Shown one piece after another: positions 1 to 9,737 of a stretch of 64,000 bases of DNA (its first letter is position 1; the number at the start of each line of letters is the position of its first letter). The DNA comes from Escherichia phage PSa2. The stretch lies in sequence record OL770310, one strand, 5' to 3'. The translations under genes and the position numbers were made by a program. Below the pieces are notes generated by a model. That model did not search any database, was not told the DNA's origin, and worked only from the letters and a program-made list of their open reading frames with translations.

Positions 1-271
1 ATTTTATCTCGGCCTATTTCGAGAGTCTTGAGGAAGCTGAAAGTGCGATAAGGGAAGCACGTGAGAAAGTATGTGGTGAGTTCACAAACCACGGTTAATA
101 GCGCTAATTTGAAAATTTTGAAATTTCATAAGATTACACATGCGGATGTGCTCAGTGGGACGGGGGATAGTTAGTAGTCTAATAATCCCCCTGTGTTACT
201 ATTACCATGCTAACTGTTTCATCCTGTAACCATTTTTTAATTACAAGATGAAACTATTTTATTTTTAATTG

Positions 272-1006
272 TTAGGCAACTTTTAATTTATCAATGAATT
301 GTTGCGGTGTGGTACTATATTCCGCGCGTTCTTCCTCGGTCATACCTTCCCAACACATTTTTAAACGGTCGGCTAGGAATTGATAATCATTATCATCATC
401 TAATGATTCATCAATAAAGGTTTCACCTATCAATGTTACCCCGATTGATAGGATATCGTTAACGGCTTGAGCGTCCAGCGTTTTAAATCCAGCATTTGCC
501 GCCGCTGATAATACACCTTTATGATCATCAATCATCGTAAAATCAGCGTTAGGATATAGCTGTTTAAACAGTTCAAAGTAATAAGACTTATATACAGCGT
601 CTTTGCTGTGGTATATTTCGCTAACCTTACCCGCTTCAAAGTATTTATGTAATGTATCGCGGGAAAATACGCGAATATTACTATTTCCGCGCCCTCTTAG
701 ACTTTGTTTACGCAAGAAATAATAATCAGATTTACCCATTAAGCGAGCGGTACAAATAAGGTTTAAGGTATTGGGATCATTCATACATTGGCGCATATAT
801 TCAACCAATGGCAATAAAGAATCCTGCATAATTAAATCATGCTTGCAGGCTTCGCGGGAATATTTATTTAAATCTAAATTCCCGTTATCGTCAAAGCAAG
901 GCGCTACACGATGGAAAGAATTTATAATCGTTCCGTCTAAATCCCAAATCATAACGCGGGAAATATGCGGGAAAGTGCGGGTAATATTCATTTTAACTTG
1001 ATTCAT
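272..1006 (-). CDS. dmp: 5'-deoxyribonucleotidase, HAD-family phosphatase (T5 Dmp-like)
   Basis: 244-aa ORF; N-terminal HAD motif I (WDLDGTII); position at extreme left of the pre-early block as in T5. Confidence 0.65.
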   Translation of the reverse strand: MNQVKMNITRTFPHISRVMIWDLDGTIINSFHRVAPCFDDNGNLDLNKYSREACKHDLIMQDSLLPLVEYMRQCMNDPNTLNLICTARLMGKSDYYFLRKQSLRGRGNSNIRVFSRDTLHKYFEAGKVSEIYHSKDAVYKSYYFELFKQLYPNADFTMIDDHKGVLSAAANAGFKTLDAQAVNDILSIGVTLIGETFIDESLDDDNDYQFLADRLKMCWEGMTEEERAEYSTTPQQFIDKLKVA

Positions 1007-1093
1007 TTGTTACATTCTCCATTTAAGGGATTTAGGTTAATTCAATCTTGCCAGCTAATTATATTAGATTAGCTGGCAATGTTCAATTAACTA

Positions 1094-1486
1094 TTAATTA
1101 GTGAGGCCATACGCTAGCGCGTCACCAATAAAGCTAAGATCTTCACCATGTACGCTAGAACGAATCCCCGCGCAAGTATAAACCATTGCGCTAGCTTCTG
1201 GATTGCAGACCGGACACGGCTTAACAACTGCAAACGCTAGACCGGATTTAAGCGCATCAATAATAATTGTTTGCACTGTCAAAGTATCAGCGTAAACGCC
1301 TTTTGCTTTCGTATGGCTTGCCACTTTGCCGGTATCATAAGCAAAGGTAGTAACCTGCAAAGCGTCGTTATAATTCAGCAAATCAAAATTAACTTGCCCC
1401 GCCTCGACGTGATAACGTTCACCATTAGAATAAACTAGAACGATGGAAGAAGTAGCGCGGTCAAAAGGAATGTTTTGGTTTTTCAT
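1094..1486 (-). CDS. pre-early hypothetical protein (A2 candidate by size and position)
   Basis: 130-aa ORF between dmp-like and A1-like genes; no motif recognised. Confidence 0.45.
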   Translation of the reverse strand: MKNQNIPFDRATSSIVLVYSNGERYHVEAGQVNFDLLNYNDALQVTTFAYDTGKVASHTKAKGVYADTLTVQTIIIDALKSGLAFAVVKPCPVCNPEASAMVYTCAGIRSSVHGEDLSFIGDALAYGLTN

Positions 1487-1522
1487 GTTTATGACTCCAG
1501 ATTATTTAATTACGGGATTAAA

Positions 1523-1783
1523 TTATTTAATACTGATTTGCATTTGATAGCCGGTTAATTCGCCTTTGGTCGGATAATCATTATCATCTAACCATTCCGC
1601 AAAATCAGCGGTATTATTAAAGCAAATAACATCACTATCATTTGAATCTATAACTACAACGCCGTTATTATTTTCTGACTCAGCGGCGAATAAATGCCCG
1701 AATTGATAAACCTTGCCCGATAAAATATCATGAGCGTCTACTAAATCGGATTTATTTATATTCTTTGGTAACACTACATTCAT
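1523..1783 (-). CDS. hypothetical acidic protein
   Basis: 86-aa ORF, same strand, tight packing. Confidence 0.4.
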   Translation of the reverse strand: MNVVLPKNINKSDLVDAHDILSGKVYQFGHLFAAESENNNGVVVIDSNDSDVICFNNTADFAEWLDDNDYPTKGELTGYQMQISIK

Positions 1784-1836
1784 TTAATTTTACCTTTTAT
1801 TAATGGCGGTATATTTCAACCGCCGATTAAATTTAA

Positions 1837-3504
1837 TTATGCAAAGAATTTACCGTTTTTGAAATCAATCAAAGTACGTTGCCCGTTTGCATAGGTAATT
1901 AAATGCGTTTGCGTCCAGCTTGACGCGCCCACGTTGTAACCCATATCGAGACTACCAGCAACGCCAGCGGTATAAACGCCGCCGTAAATGCTAGCCGTAT
2001 GAGTATGACCAGTGTTAAGGCGTCCCAACTTTTTAAACTGCTTAGGATTGCCCCGACTGCCGTTAATGCCATTGTGACCATGTACGCCGCACTCAATTCC
2101 TGCAATCTTGAAAGATTGGTCAGTAGTCAGGAAAATAGCGTTAAATTCGCAACCTGCGACGTTCCGCAAGGCGTAATCTAGCACGTTAAAGGTATCATCC
2201 TTTTCAGCAATAGCGGCGTAAATCGCAGCGTTTAGACGGTGATACAATTCCGCGTTTGCGGGATCGTCTTTAATGTTAGCGTTACGATCATCAAGCCAGC
2301 GTGAAAGAGCTAAATCATGGTTAGATTCCACAATGATTGTTTGAGAGAAATCACGCTCCATAGACTCTAATACGCGGCCCGTATCGATAAGATCATCAAT
2401 AACTTTATCACGTCCGGCGGCGTATTGTTTAGCAAGGAATACACCACTTGCGCGGTTATGGTGATTGCGGGATGTAAAATCATGCACATCATGAATAAAT
2501 TGATATTTCGGTTTAAGAATATCAAGCAAGCTGTTTTCACTAGCCCATGAAGCGACGGCGCAATCATCATCTAGTTTTTCGGCGTGAATATCGCCATATT
2601 GCAAGCCTAGAACATGATCGGACGTTTCAAAACATCCGGTAGGCATAGCGCAAACATTCAAATCATAGAACATTCCGCTTTCATCCATTGTTTCAAGTTG
2701 GCGGCAATAAAATTCTCCGTCGTCGTCAAATTCTACCAGCAAAGCGCCGTAATTATGTAAAGCCTCGGCCTTTTGTCCTGCTTTCTGCTGAATGTAGTTT
2801 TTAAGCGTAGCCGTTCCGGTTGAATACATACGGCGCACTACTTCACCTTTTAACGCTGGTACACTTTCAGCGGTAATTTTTGCCGCACCAATTGCCAGAC
2901 CTTCAATATTTAAAGCCGTGGCGGTTTCTGCGAATCCTGTAAGCGGATAATCTGCCGTTGGTAATACGTTAATTTCAGACATGAAAGCAAAGCGGCGATT
3001 ATTCAGGAAAACATTTTTATCACAGATATATTTATCAAATGCGGGATCGTATTTAATTTTTTCTTTGCTGCCGTCGCCGTTCTGGAATCCATTTTTATTG
3101 TAAATGAATTTACTAACCAGCAATTCACCGCCGATATATTCAGCGAATTTTTCCAGACTTGCTAAAAAGTTTTTATGCGGGAAAGTATTATTTTGAATCG
3201 ACGTTAGAATAAAACGGCGACCGGATTTAACTTCCCATTGTTCCACGGTACTAGAAACAATCCCCGCCGCTTCGGGGCGATCATCATTTTTAATCGCCTT
3301 TTCAGCTTTTGCCGCTTTCGGTTTCGCTGGCTTGTTTGCTTCTAACCAGTCACAAATTGCGGTTGAATGTTTCGTTGTATCGTAAACAGCTTTTGAAATA
3401 TCGTCGCAAACTTCTAATTTAGTAGCGCGCAAACGCTTACCATAGAAATTAAAATCAGCGGCCATTTTCAGAATTTGAGCTTGTTTTTCTGCGGAAATAT
3501 TCAT
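1837..3504 (-). CDS. A1: A1-like pre-early protein with calcineurin-like metallophosphoesterase motifs
   Basis: 555-aa ORF; motifs LQYGDIHAEK, GHNGINGSRGN, GHTHT; size and position match T5 A1. Confidence 0.65.
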   Translation of the reverse strand: MNISAEKQAQILKMAADFNFYGKRLRATKLEVCDDISKAVYDTTKHSTAICDWLEANKPAKPKAAKAEKAIKNDDRPEAAGIVSSTVEQWEVKSGRRFILTSIQNNTFPHKNFLASLEKFAEYIGGELLVSKFIYNKNGFQNGDGSKEKIKYDPAFDKYICDKNVFLNNRRFAFMSEINVLPTADYPLTGFAETATALNIEGLAIGAAKITAESVPALKGEVVRRMYSTGTATLKNYIQQKAGQKAEALHNYGALLVEFDDDGEFYCRQLETMDESGMFYDLNVCAMPTGCFETSDHVLGLQYGDIHAEKLDDDCAVASWASENSLLDILKPKYQFIHDVHDFTSRNHHNRASGVFLAKQYAAGRDKVIDDLIDTGRVLESMERDFSQTIIVESNHDLALSRWLDDRNANIKDDPANAELYHRLNAAIYAAIAEKDDTFNVLDYALRNVAGCEFNAIFLTTDQSFKIAGIECGVHGHNGINGSRGNPKQFKKLGRLNTGHTHTASIYGGVYTAGVAGSLDMGYNVGASSWTQTHLITYANGQRTLIDFKNGKFFA

Positions 3505-3542
3505 AACTAATTCAACTCCTATAAAGGGATAAAGATTAAAGC

Positions 3543-3556
3543 TGGCAATATTGCCA
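3543..3556. promoter_or_regulatory. perfect 14-bp palindrome TGGCAATATTGCCA about 40 bp upstream of the A1-like start
   Basis: read directly; half sites TGGCAAT/ATTGCCA. Confidence 0.3.
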
Positions 3557-3613
3557 AATATAACGCCTTGCCTGAAGTGAGGACAATTTAAAAGGCGTTA
3601 TAATTTGCAACAT

Positions 3614-3838
3614 TTAATTAAGCGGCATTAAACTAGAACAAAAGCCAAATACAATGCCAATTGTAAGAAAGATAATTGACAGATATTTTTGAATGTTCGC
3701 GTTTTTGCGGAAATTATTTGCGGCGTAAACGTTATTAATTCCAATTATTGCCAGAATTGACCTCGTATAATTCAGAATAAAAGCGGCGGCAATAATAAAT
3801 AAACCTAAAATAAACGCTTCGCTAGGATAAAAGATCAA
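3614..3838 (-). CDS. small membrane protein (two hydrophobic segments)
   Basis: 74-aa ORF, hydrophobic stretches. Confidence 0.35.
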   Translation of the reverse strand: MIFYPSEAFILGLFIIAAAFILNYTRSILAIIGINNVYAANNFRKNANIQKYLSIIFLTIGIVFGFCSSLMPLN

Positions 3839-3858
3839 GATTATTCTCCTTTAAGGGT

Positions 3859-3880
3859 TAGCGGGGAATATTCCCCGCTA
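3859..3880. terminator. perfect 22-bp palindrome TAGCGGGGAATATTCCCCGCTA (hairpin, terminator-like)
   Basis: read directly; lies between two minus-strand ORFs; same arms as hairpin at 7308. Confidence 0.35.
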
Positions 3881-3888
3881 GTTAAAAT

Positions 3889-4305
3889 TTATTCACCTGC
3901 GGCCTGTTTTACTTCCTCCGCTACGCCTAACAATTGCGCTACAGCTTCCAGCGTTTCCAGTTTTGCACTTTCCAGACTTGCCAGATCGTCGGCGTCTTTA
4001 ATAACGCCGCTATCAATAGCGTGTTTAGCGATGACGCGCACATAGTGAGCTTTACGGACACTAGACCCGCCGCCAACTTTACGCGGTTTATCGCTTTTCT
4101 GGTATGCTTTTGCGCTTGTCAGTTTAGAACGTACAGAAACAGGACTTGCAGCGCCAACGGCGGCGGCAATTTCTTTCAGGCCGTCACTGTTAGCAAATTC
4201 AATTCCGCTTTTAGCGACCATTTCAGAATACATAGAAACAGCTTTTTCGGTGTTTTCTTCGTTCCAAGAGAATTTTGCGGTTTTTTCGGTTTTAACGTTA
4301 GACAT
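3889..4305 (-). CDS. hypothetical protein
   Basis: 138-aa ORF. Confidence 0.5.
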   Translation of the reverse strand: MSNVKTEKTAKFSWNEENTEKAVSMYSEMVAKSGIEFANSDGLKEIAAAVGAASPVSVRSKLTSAKAYQKSDKPRKVGGGSSVRKAHYVRVIAKHAIDSGVIKDADDLASLESAKLETLEAVAQLLGVAEEVKQAAGE

Positions 4306-4591
4306 AATTTAATACTCCATTCAATTATTAATTAAGGGATTATGATTAACTAAATGTTAATCGCTATATATTCTATTAGCTAGAATATATAACGGAAACA
4401 TTTTATTTTTATTTCCAGTTTCAAGCGGTTTATTAATTCCCGAATATATTTATATTCTCACCTTATCCGGCTTGCCAGAGAATTAATAAGGCAACATTGT
4501 ATTTATACGCTGTTTATTATTCCGTTCACGCTAGGAATATTTCGAGTTATCTTTATTGCCTAACTAAGCATGATATGTAAGGCGCATTAAT

Positions 4592-4843
4592 TTATGCGAT
4601 AGCTTGCCATTTATCATCTTTCTGAATGATTTTTACAACGTCGCCAGATTTAACACGGACGTTATAAATCGGCTTGCCGTTGTTACTGCGTTCCGTTTCC
4701 GCATAGACCGCTTCAATCTTATCAAAGGGATCAAGCGCCGCGCCTTTGATACGTTCGGCTTTTCCGGTTAATTCATCCGTTTTAGTTACAAAAGGAATGA
4801 ATACAGATTGACCTACTTTCGGCGCGGTAATAACGTTTTGCAT
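4592..4843 (-). CDS. hypothetical protein
   Basis: 83-aa ORF. Confidence 0.45.
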   Translation of the reverse strand: MQNVITAPKVGQSVFIPFVTKTDELTGKAERIKGAALDPFDKIEAVYAETERSNNGKPIYNVRVKSGDVVKIIQKDDKWQAIA

Positions 4844-5007
4844 TTTTAATACTCCGGTTTATTGGGGATTATTCCACAATAGCGCCTCGATACTTTGAAA
4901 CGCTATTAGATTATAATCCGCTAGGAGTTAGCCTAAACATTACCGTTATCCAAATTTTTAAAGAGCAGTTACTACAGGGAACATCTTAAAACCTATCGGC
5001 TAGCGTG

Positions 5008-5226
5008 TCAAGCGTTTTTTAAACTTTTTTCGATTTGATGGGAGTTATATAAATCAATCATTATATTACGCCACACCATTTCCAGACCTTGCTGCTTGCC
5101 TTTCTTGTATTGCTTGAATCGGTATTTTATCGATCGTTGCGCTACTGTCAACAAATTTTTTGTTCTGCTATCTAATGCACTAGCAGGTTTCGCACTAATC
5201 ACTAAAGCGTTTTTTGATTTGATCAT
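5008..5226 (-). CDS. small basic protein
   Basis: 72-aa Lys/Arg-rich ORF. Confidence 0.35.
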   Translation of the reverse strand: MIKSKNALVISAKPASALDSRTKNLLTVAQRSIKYRFKQYKKGKQQGLEMVWRNIMIDLYNSHQIEKSLKNA

Positions 5227-5602
5227 TATCGTCGATTCCTTATATTATATAAGTTTACCGCCGATAGGCTTTAAGATGTTCCCTAGTTTTTAAAGAGCGC
5301 GGCGGTAAACTTCCCCGCCGTGTAGTTCGTCATTGCCGCCCTACGTGATAAATAATAGGAGAATACCGAGAAGGGCGCAACCTTATTTTTGTAAAGAAAC
5401 GTAAAGATAAACGCCACTGCACCACGTCCAGCGGCGCACTAAATTTAATGAAACGGGCGCGCGAATAACACCAAAACAACCATTTTAGCAAGTAATTTTT
5501 TCATTTATATTTGCTTTGCCCTACTTGACAAAATCTAAAATCCTCGTGGTGAGGTTTTCTCGGTGTACCCCTTATGATTGCCTATCTTTTCCTTTGAGGC
5601 GC

Positions 5603-5629
5603 TTAGAATGCGTTACAGAGCGTTTTAGA
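5603..5629 (+). repeat. 27-bp direct repeat TTAGAATGCGTTACAGAGCGTTTTAGA, copy 1
   Basis: identical copy at 9681-9707; related TAGAATGCG motifs near 6107 (inverted) and 10778. Confidence 0.6.
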
Positions 5630-5946
5630 CCCTGTTAATAACTTATACAAAAAGCAAAAATGAAATTTAATGAGTTATCCACTTGATTTTTCAAAAAAGT
5701 ATTTTCTGCTATTATTTTTCATTGACAAATAAGTTTAGACGTGCATTGATTGGTTAGCAGACTAACAATCGCTAGGATGATAATCACGCTGGTGGATTGT
5801 AACAGCTGAAACAGTTAGCAGACTATTAATACTCTAAAAACCTATTAGCCAACTAACTATTTCATATTATATAATATACTTATAAATTAAAGAGAAATAA
5901 TAACTATAAGAAACTATCGGCTAAGTGAGAACCACTATCATTTAGG

Positions 5947-5967
5947 TTATTCACAAAGTTATCCACA
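5947..5967 (+). promoter_or_regulatory. two adjacent DnaA-box-like 9-mers (TTATTCACA, TTATCCACA)
   Basis: matches to DnaA box consensus TTATNCACA read directly. Confidence 0.5.
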
Positions 5968-6007
5968 GCACAAAATAACTTGACGCAATAGGTGACGTTT
6001 TGGCGAC

Positions 6008-6016
6008 TTATCCACA
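6008..6016 (+). promoter_or_regulatory. DnaA box TTATCCACA
   Basis: exact consensus 9-mer. Confidence 0.5.
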
Positions 6017-6036
6017 GACTTATATACAGGTTATCC

Positions 6037-6056
6037 TACTGTATAAATATACAGGG
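6037..6056. promoter_or_regulatory. LexA/SOS-box-like palindrome TACTGTATAAATATACAGGG
   Basis: CTGT-N8-ACAG with AT-rich spacer; about 17/20 match to TACTGTATATATATACAGTA. Confidence 0.5.
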
Positions 6057-6303
6057 TAAATAGGTAGCAGTAACAACCGCAATCAAATTTAAGCGGCCTA
6101 GAACGCATTCTAAGCGATTTTCTCACTGCTACCCTTATTATAATAAAGCCTTGTGTACGCTTACATAGAGCTAGAAATAGAAAACGCGCGGTTATCATAA
6201 AAACAGGCAGTAAGCAAGAAATAAAAAACCTTTTCTTTTTTCTTGCCCCTAGTGAACAATTATCTATATCATTCACTCACCGATTAACGAGGGAGACAAA
6301 GAA

Positions 6304-7299
6304 ATGTCTACTGTAAGAATTGCAGTACCAGCAAACGCCACTATTATTAAGGGTAGTTTGCGCAACCTGCTAGACGGATCAAGTCCAGCAAGCCTACAGC
6401 ATACGGCGGCAATGGTTGAAAAGATTCACGATGATATTTTAGATAATAATGATACTCATTATTGTTTAAGTGATTTCACACAACTACTAGACCCTACCCG
6501 CGTTCTAGTGCTTTACAACCGTGACTATCACATCATGCGAAATCAGCGGGGAAGCGATATTGATTTTATCATTGTAGGTCACGACGAAAAAAGCTATATT
6601 GCCCGTGGTTACAATGTACAAGAAAAGGAAATGGTTTTCGCTACTAGCGTAAATGGTATTAATTCCAGCGATGTAGAAGATTTACTATCTAGTATTTGGG
6701 GCGAATTGACAAGCGCCATTAAACGTGCTGATAGTGACGCAATCGAAACAACTGGCGTATTGTGTTTTGAACGCGCTAGCGGTAACATGTTGATCCCTAA
6801 CGATTATTTAGAGTATGGGAATGAATCAAACGTTGCAAACGCTGGATTTACACTTTTACCGCTTGACAATGTAACAAAACAGGATGTAAACTCTCAAACT
6901 TCAAGCGCAAATGCGCAAACTACTGAAAATAAAGGAAATATTATGTCTAAAGTATCTTCTATCGTTGCCGCTAACAAATCTGCCGTTGTAAACGCTGCTA
7001 AACTGGAAGCGGGTAAAATTGCACTAACTCAAATCACAAAAGTAGCGGCTAAAAAAGCGCCGTTTATGATCAAAGGTTATATTGATACTCCGATTGGTCG
7101 CGTAGTGATCGCTAACCTGTTAAGCGTAGCGGTTGACCAGTACGCCCCGACTAATGCGAAAGCGAAAGCGGTAGCAGGCGCAGCAATGGAAGCGGCAATG
7201 CTGGAAATGGTACAGAGTTTCAATATTGCTGAAATGATCGATGAAATGGTAAAAGGTATTGACATTTCTACCTTTACCCAAAACACCGAAACAGAATAA
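6304..7299 (+). CDS. hypothetical protein
   Basis: 331-aa ORF with GAGGGAG RBS; followed by hairpin terminator. Confidence 0.6.
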   Translation: MSTVRIAVPANATIIKGSLRNLLDGSSPASLQHTAAMVEKIHDDILDNNDTHYCLSDFTQLLDPTRVLVLYNRDYHIMRNQRGSDIDFIIVGHDEKSYIARGYNVQEKEMVFATSVNGINSSDVEDLLSSIWGELTSAIKRADSDAIETTGVLCFERASGNMLIPNDYLEYGNESNVANAGFTLLPLDNVTKQDVNSQTSSANAQTTENKGNIMSKVSSIVAANKSAVVNAAKLEAGKIALTQITKVAAKKAPFMIKGYIDTPIGRVVIANLLSVAVDQYAPTNAKAKAVAGAAMEAAMLEMVQSFNIAEMIDEMVKGIDISTFTQNTETE

Positions 7300-7307
7300 T
7301 AATTACT

Positions 7308-7336
7308 AGCGGGGATTATTTCCCCGCTTTACTATT
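7308..7336 (+). terminator. intrinsic terminator hairpin AGCGGGGA-TTATT-TCCCCGCT plus T-rich tail
   Basis: read directly downstream of 6304-7299. Confidence 0.5.
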
Positions 7337-7363
7337 TCCCTGTTAATTGTTAGGAGACTAATT

Positions 7364-7858
7364 ATGTCAGAAGAAAAATATGGCTTTTCGCTAGAAAGTG
7401 TGAATGAAGCTAAACACGATATGATCGTTTTAGTTGATTGTCATACTGGCTATTGCGGGGAGGGCTGGACGGAGGAACATTTTGTTCCCGCTGGCTGTGA
7501 TCTGGACGCTTTCGCAAACGAACACGCATATGATAATGCTTCTCGTTTCGGTAGTGACGGGGAAGAAGATGAAGAAACAGGGGAATGGATTGAAAATGAT
7601 AATGTATATGCGAGTATTTATCATTATCAATTGAGTAAGTCCGGTACTTATGTAAATGGCGGCGATCCTATTAATACCGTTATGAAACTAATTATTAAAC
7701 ACGGTGGCGCGGAAATAATTGGTAACAAGGCGTTATTATACGCAAATCGATTAAAACAGCTTGTTTATATTCCTGATAATTCCCGTTGGGATGAATATGC
7801 CGTTTTACAGAAAGAATTAAAACGCTGTTTCAACATTGAAGCATTAGAAATAGTCTAA
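7364..7858 (+). CDS. hypothetical acidic protein
   Basis: 164-aa ORF. Confidence 0.6.
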   Translation: MSEEKYGFSLESVNEAKHDMIVLVDCHTGYCGEGWTEEHFVPAGCDLDAFANEHAYDNASRFGSDGEEDEETGEWIENDNVYASIYHYQLSKSGTYVNGGDPINTVMKLIIKHGGAEIIGNKALLYANRLKQLVYIPDNSRWDEYAVLQKELKRCFNIEALEIV

Positions 7859-7874
7859 TGTAAAGTTTTGTAAA

Positions 7875-7900
7875 GGTCGCCTATGTTGGCGGCCTTTTTT
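7875..7900 (+). terminator. intrinsic terminator (GGTCGCC-TATGTT-GGCGGCC followed by TTTTTT)
   Basis: 7-bp stem with one G-U, T6 tract. Confidence 0.6.
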
Positions 7901-7965
7901 GTTATAATGCCTTTACACCTAAACGGTGGATTGAAAATTTTCCCTGATTTCTAGGAGGCGTTAAA

Positions 7966-8193
7966 ATGGTGCATTCATCATCTTCTGCAATTTTTAACGG
8001 TATGGAATGGGTATCCGTTCCCGCTATTGTCAGCGTTATGGTTTCTGAATTTGGGATCGGTAAAACTTATGTTACCATTCAGGAGCTTTACGACAACGAC
8101 AAGATTGACCAGCAAACCGCCGGATTTTTGCTGGATGAATTGAAAGCTAACCATTGCACCAAAAAGCAAGCGGCAAAAATTGTTTTAATGTAA
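7966..8193 (+). CDS. hypothetical protein
   Basis: 75-aa ORF with RBS AGGAGG. Confidence 0.5.
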   Translation: MVHSSSSAIFNGMEWVSVPAIVSVMVSEFGIGKTYVTIQELYDNDKIDQQTAGFLLDELKANHCTKKQAAKIVLM

Positions 8194-8200
8194 TTATTAA

Positions 8201-8219
8201 AGGGGATATATTATCCCCT
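8201..8219 (+). terminator. hairpin AGGGGATA-TAT-TATCCCCT (weak T tail)
   Basis: palindrome directly after 7966-8193. Confidence 0.3.
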
Positions 8220-8239
8220 AATTTCTAGGAGCTAATAAA

Positions 8240-8389
8240 ATGGTTATTTTTCGATCTATTCTGGCTAGTATCTTGGGCGCTATTTTATCGCTGTTTGTAA
8301 TAGCTTTCGGCGTTCACGTGGTTATTATTGGAGCAGGTATCGCGGGGTTTTCTTACTTGTTAGGCTGTATGACTGGTAAAGGGGAATAA
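8240..8389 (+). CDS. small hydrophobic membrane peptide (49 aa, below ORF-track cutoff)
   Basis: ATG at 8240 preceded by TAGGAG; MVIFRSILASILGAILSLFVIAFGVHVVIIGAGIAGF. Confidence 0.4.
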   Translation: MVIFRSILASILGAILSLFVIAFGVHVVIIGAGIAGFSYLLGCMTGKGE

Positions 8390-8391
8390 AA

Positions 8392-8604
8392 ATGTTAAAG
8401 AATGTTTCCCTTGCCCGTTCCAAAGGTTTTAAGCTGGTGGATGTTAACACGTTCGAGCGTCCAGATTGTAAAATCGAATATGTAGCACGCAACAAAAACG
8501 CTTTCCGTGTTACAGAAAAGAAATTTGACAAGCGCGGAAATTTGGTAGCCGAAACGGTTAAACACTTTGCCACCTTTTACGCTGCTTTTCGTGGGGTATT
8601 ATGA
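8392..8604 (+). CDS. hypothetical protein
   Basis: 70-aa ORF. Confidence 0.5.
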   Translation: MLKNVSLARSKGFKLVDVNTFERPDCKIEYVARNKNAFRVTEKKFDKRGNLVAETVKHFATFYAAFRGVL

Positions 8605-8713
8605 GATCCTTATATATTGCTCTAGCGTTTGCTACCGTTGGCGTTGTTTGCTCATTCGCTGCATTTGTTTTAAAAATGTACCTGATATTTTCCCAGCTTT
8701 AGGAGGTTGACAA

Positions 8714-9058
8714 ATGGTAATTTATGAGGGTAATCGTTTTGTTACTAATTGCCGTCCGGCATTATTAGCAAACTATTTAAATCAGCTTTCACCAGTTTAT
8801 AAAGGCGTAGTTAATATCTATGAGGGCAAAGCACATTATAAGATTAATGCCATTGTTGCCCGTGAACTAGCGTTTCAATTTTTAACTTTTGGGTCTTGTG
8901 ACGTTCAGGTTATGGGGGAAGCGTTAATAGCGGAAAATGAAAATGAATTTATTGACATTTTCCGCAAAGTATGTACAGAGCGCCTGATTATGAAAGGCGC
9001 ATATATTCAATCAACCGCTGATAGTATTGAAACAGCGTTTCGAAAGGTGGCGCAATGA
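8714..9058 (+). CDS. hypothetical protein
   Basis: 114-aa ORF with AGGAGG RBS. Confidence 0.55.
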   Translation: MVIYEGNRFVTNCRPALLANYLNQLSPVYKGVVNIYEGKAHYKINAIVARELAFQFLTFGSCDVQVMGEALIAENENEFIDIFRKVCTERLIMKGAYIQSTADSIETAFRKVAQ

Positions 9059-9267
9059 AAAAGTTTACTTTAGTTATTAATAATCGTGTAACTATTTCAC
9101 TGGAAGCGGTTACTATAGCCGGTTTTATTGCTAATCTTGCATCGCTAGGGATTTTAAGCGGATACCCTGAATTGTGGGACTGGCTACCTGATGTAAGAAA
9201 CAAGGGAGGCGAATTATACGGAATTACTATTCGCGCAAAATTAACTATAGAGAATTTAAAACCGTGA
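9055..9267 (+). CDS. hypothetical protein
   Basis: 70-aa ORF, start overlaps upstream stop. Confidence 0.5.
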   Translation: MKKFTLVINNRVTISLEAVTIAGFIANLASLGILSGYPELWDWLPDVRNKGGELYGITIRAKLTIENLKP

Positions 9268-9310
9268 ATAGCTGGTGGCGAAAAACACAAAGCCATAAAT
9301 CTAATAATAC

Positions 9311-9341
9311 CGCTGGGAAACATTCCCAGCGTTTACTATTT
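9311..9341 (+). terminator. intrinsic terminator CGCTGGGAAACATTCCCAGCG plus T-rich tail
   Basis: read directly. Confidence 0.5.
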
Positions 9342-9397
9342 GGTAATGGCTTTACAATGATATTGATAATCATTCTCATTCTAGGAGCGATGGCGTT

Positions 9398-9592
9398 ATG
9401 AGTGATAAAATTGTTGTAACTAAAACTACTGTTACCGTTGATACTTTCTTTGTGCCTGATACGCTGGAAAATCGGCAAGCGGTGGAGCGTGGCGATTATG
9501 ATATAGTGATTTATGATAACGATGGTTACTACCAACATTTGGTAGACTCCTACGGCGAAAGCGAAAAGATCACACATCGACTACCAGACTAA
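9398..9592 (+). CDS. hypothetical protein
   Basis: 64-aa ORF with AGGAG RBS. Confidence 0.5.
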   Translation: MSDKIVVTKTTVTVDTFFVPDTLENRQAVERGDYDIVIYDNDGYYQHLVDSYGESEKITHRLPD

Positions 9593-9598
9593 TAATAA

Positions 9599-9628
9599 CG
9601 GGGCGCAACTATCGGCCCCGCCTTTTCT
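9599..9628 (+). terminator. intrinsic terminator CGGGGC-N10-GCCCCG followed by CCTTTTCT
   Basis: read directly after last plus-strand cassette gene. Confidence 0.55.
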
Positions 9629-9680
9629 GCCTGCAAACAAATTTCCCCTTATTAAAGTACCTCCTCCAAAAATAAACGCG

Positions 9681-9707
9681 TTAGAATGCGTTACAGAGCG
9701 TTTTAGA
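9681..9707 (+). repeat. 27-bp direct repeat TTAGAATGCGTTACAGAGCGTTTTAGA, copy 2
   Basis: identical to 5603-5629. Confidence 0.6.
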
Positions 9708-9737
9708 GCTATATTAGAGTTATTCACTACGTAGGAA

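Noticed and set aside
1899-4335. ORFs 1899-2105, 1999-2181, 2367-2570 (inside A1) and 3934-4335 (antisense to 3889-4305)
   Set aside because: Out-of-frame or antisense to longer, better supported ORFs.
6031-6276. Minus-strand ORF 6031-6276 (81 aa)
   Set aside because: Sits in the AT-rich DnaA/LexA-box regulatory region with no RBS; runs through the SOS box.
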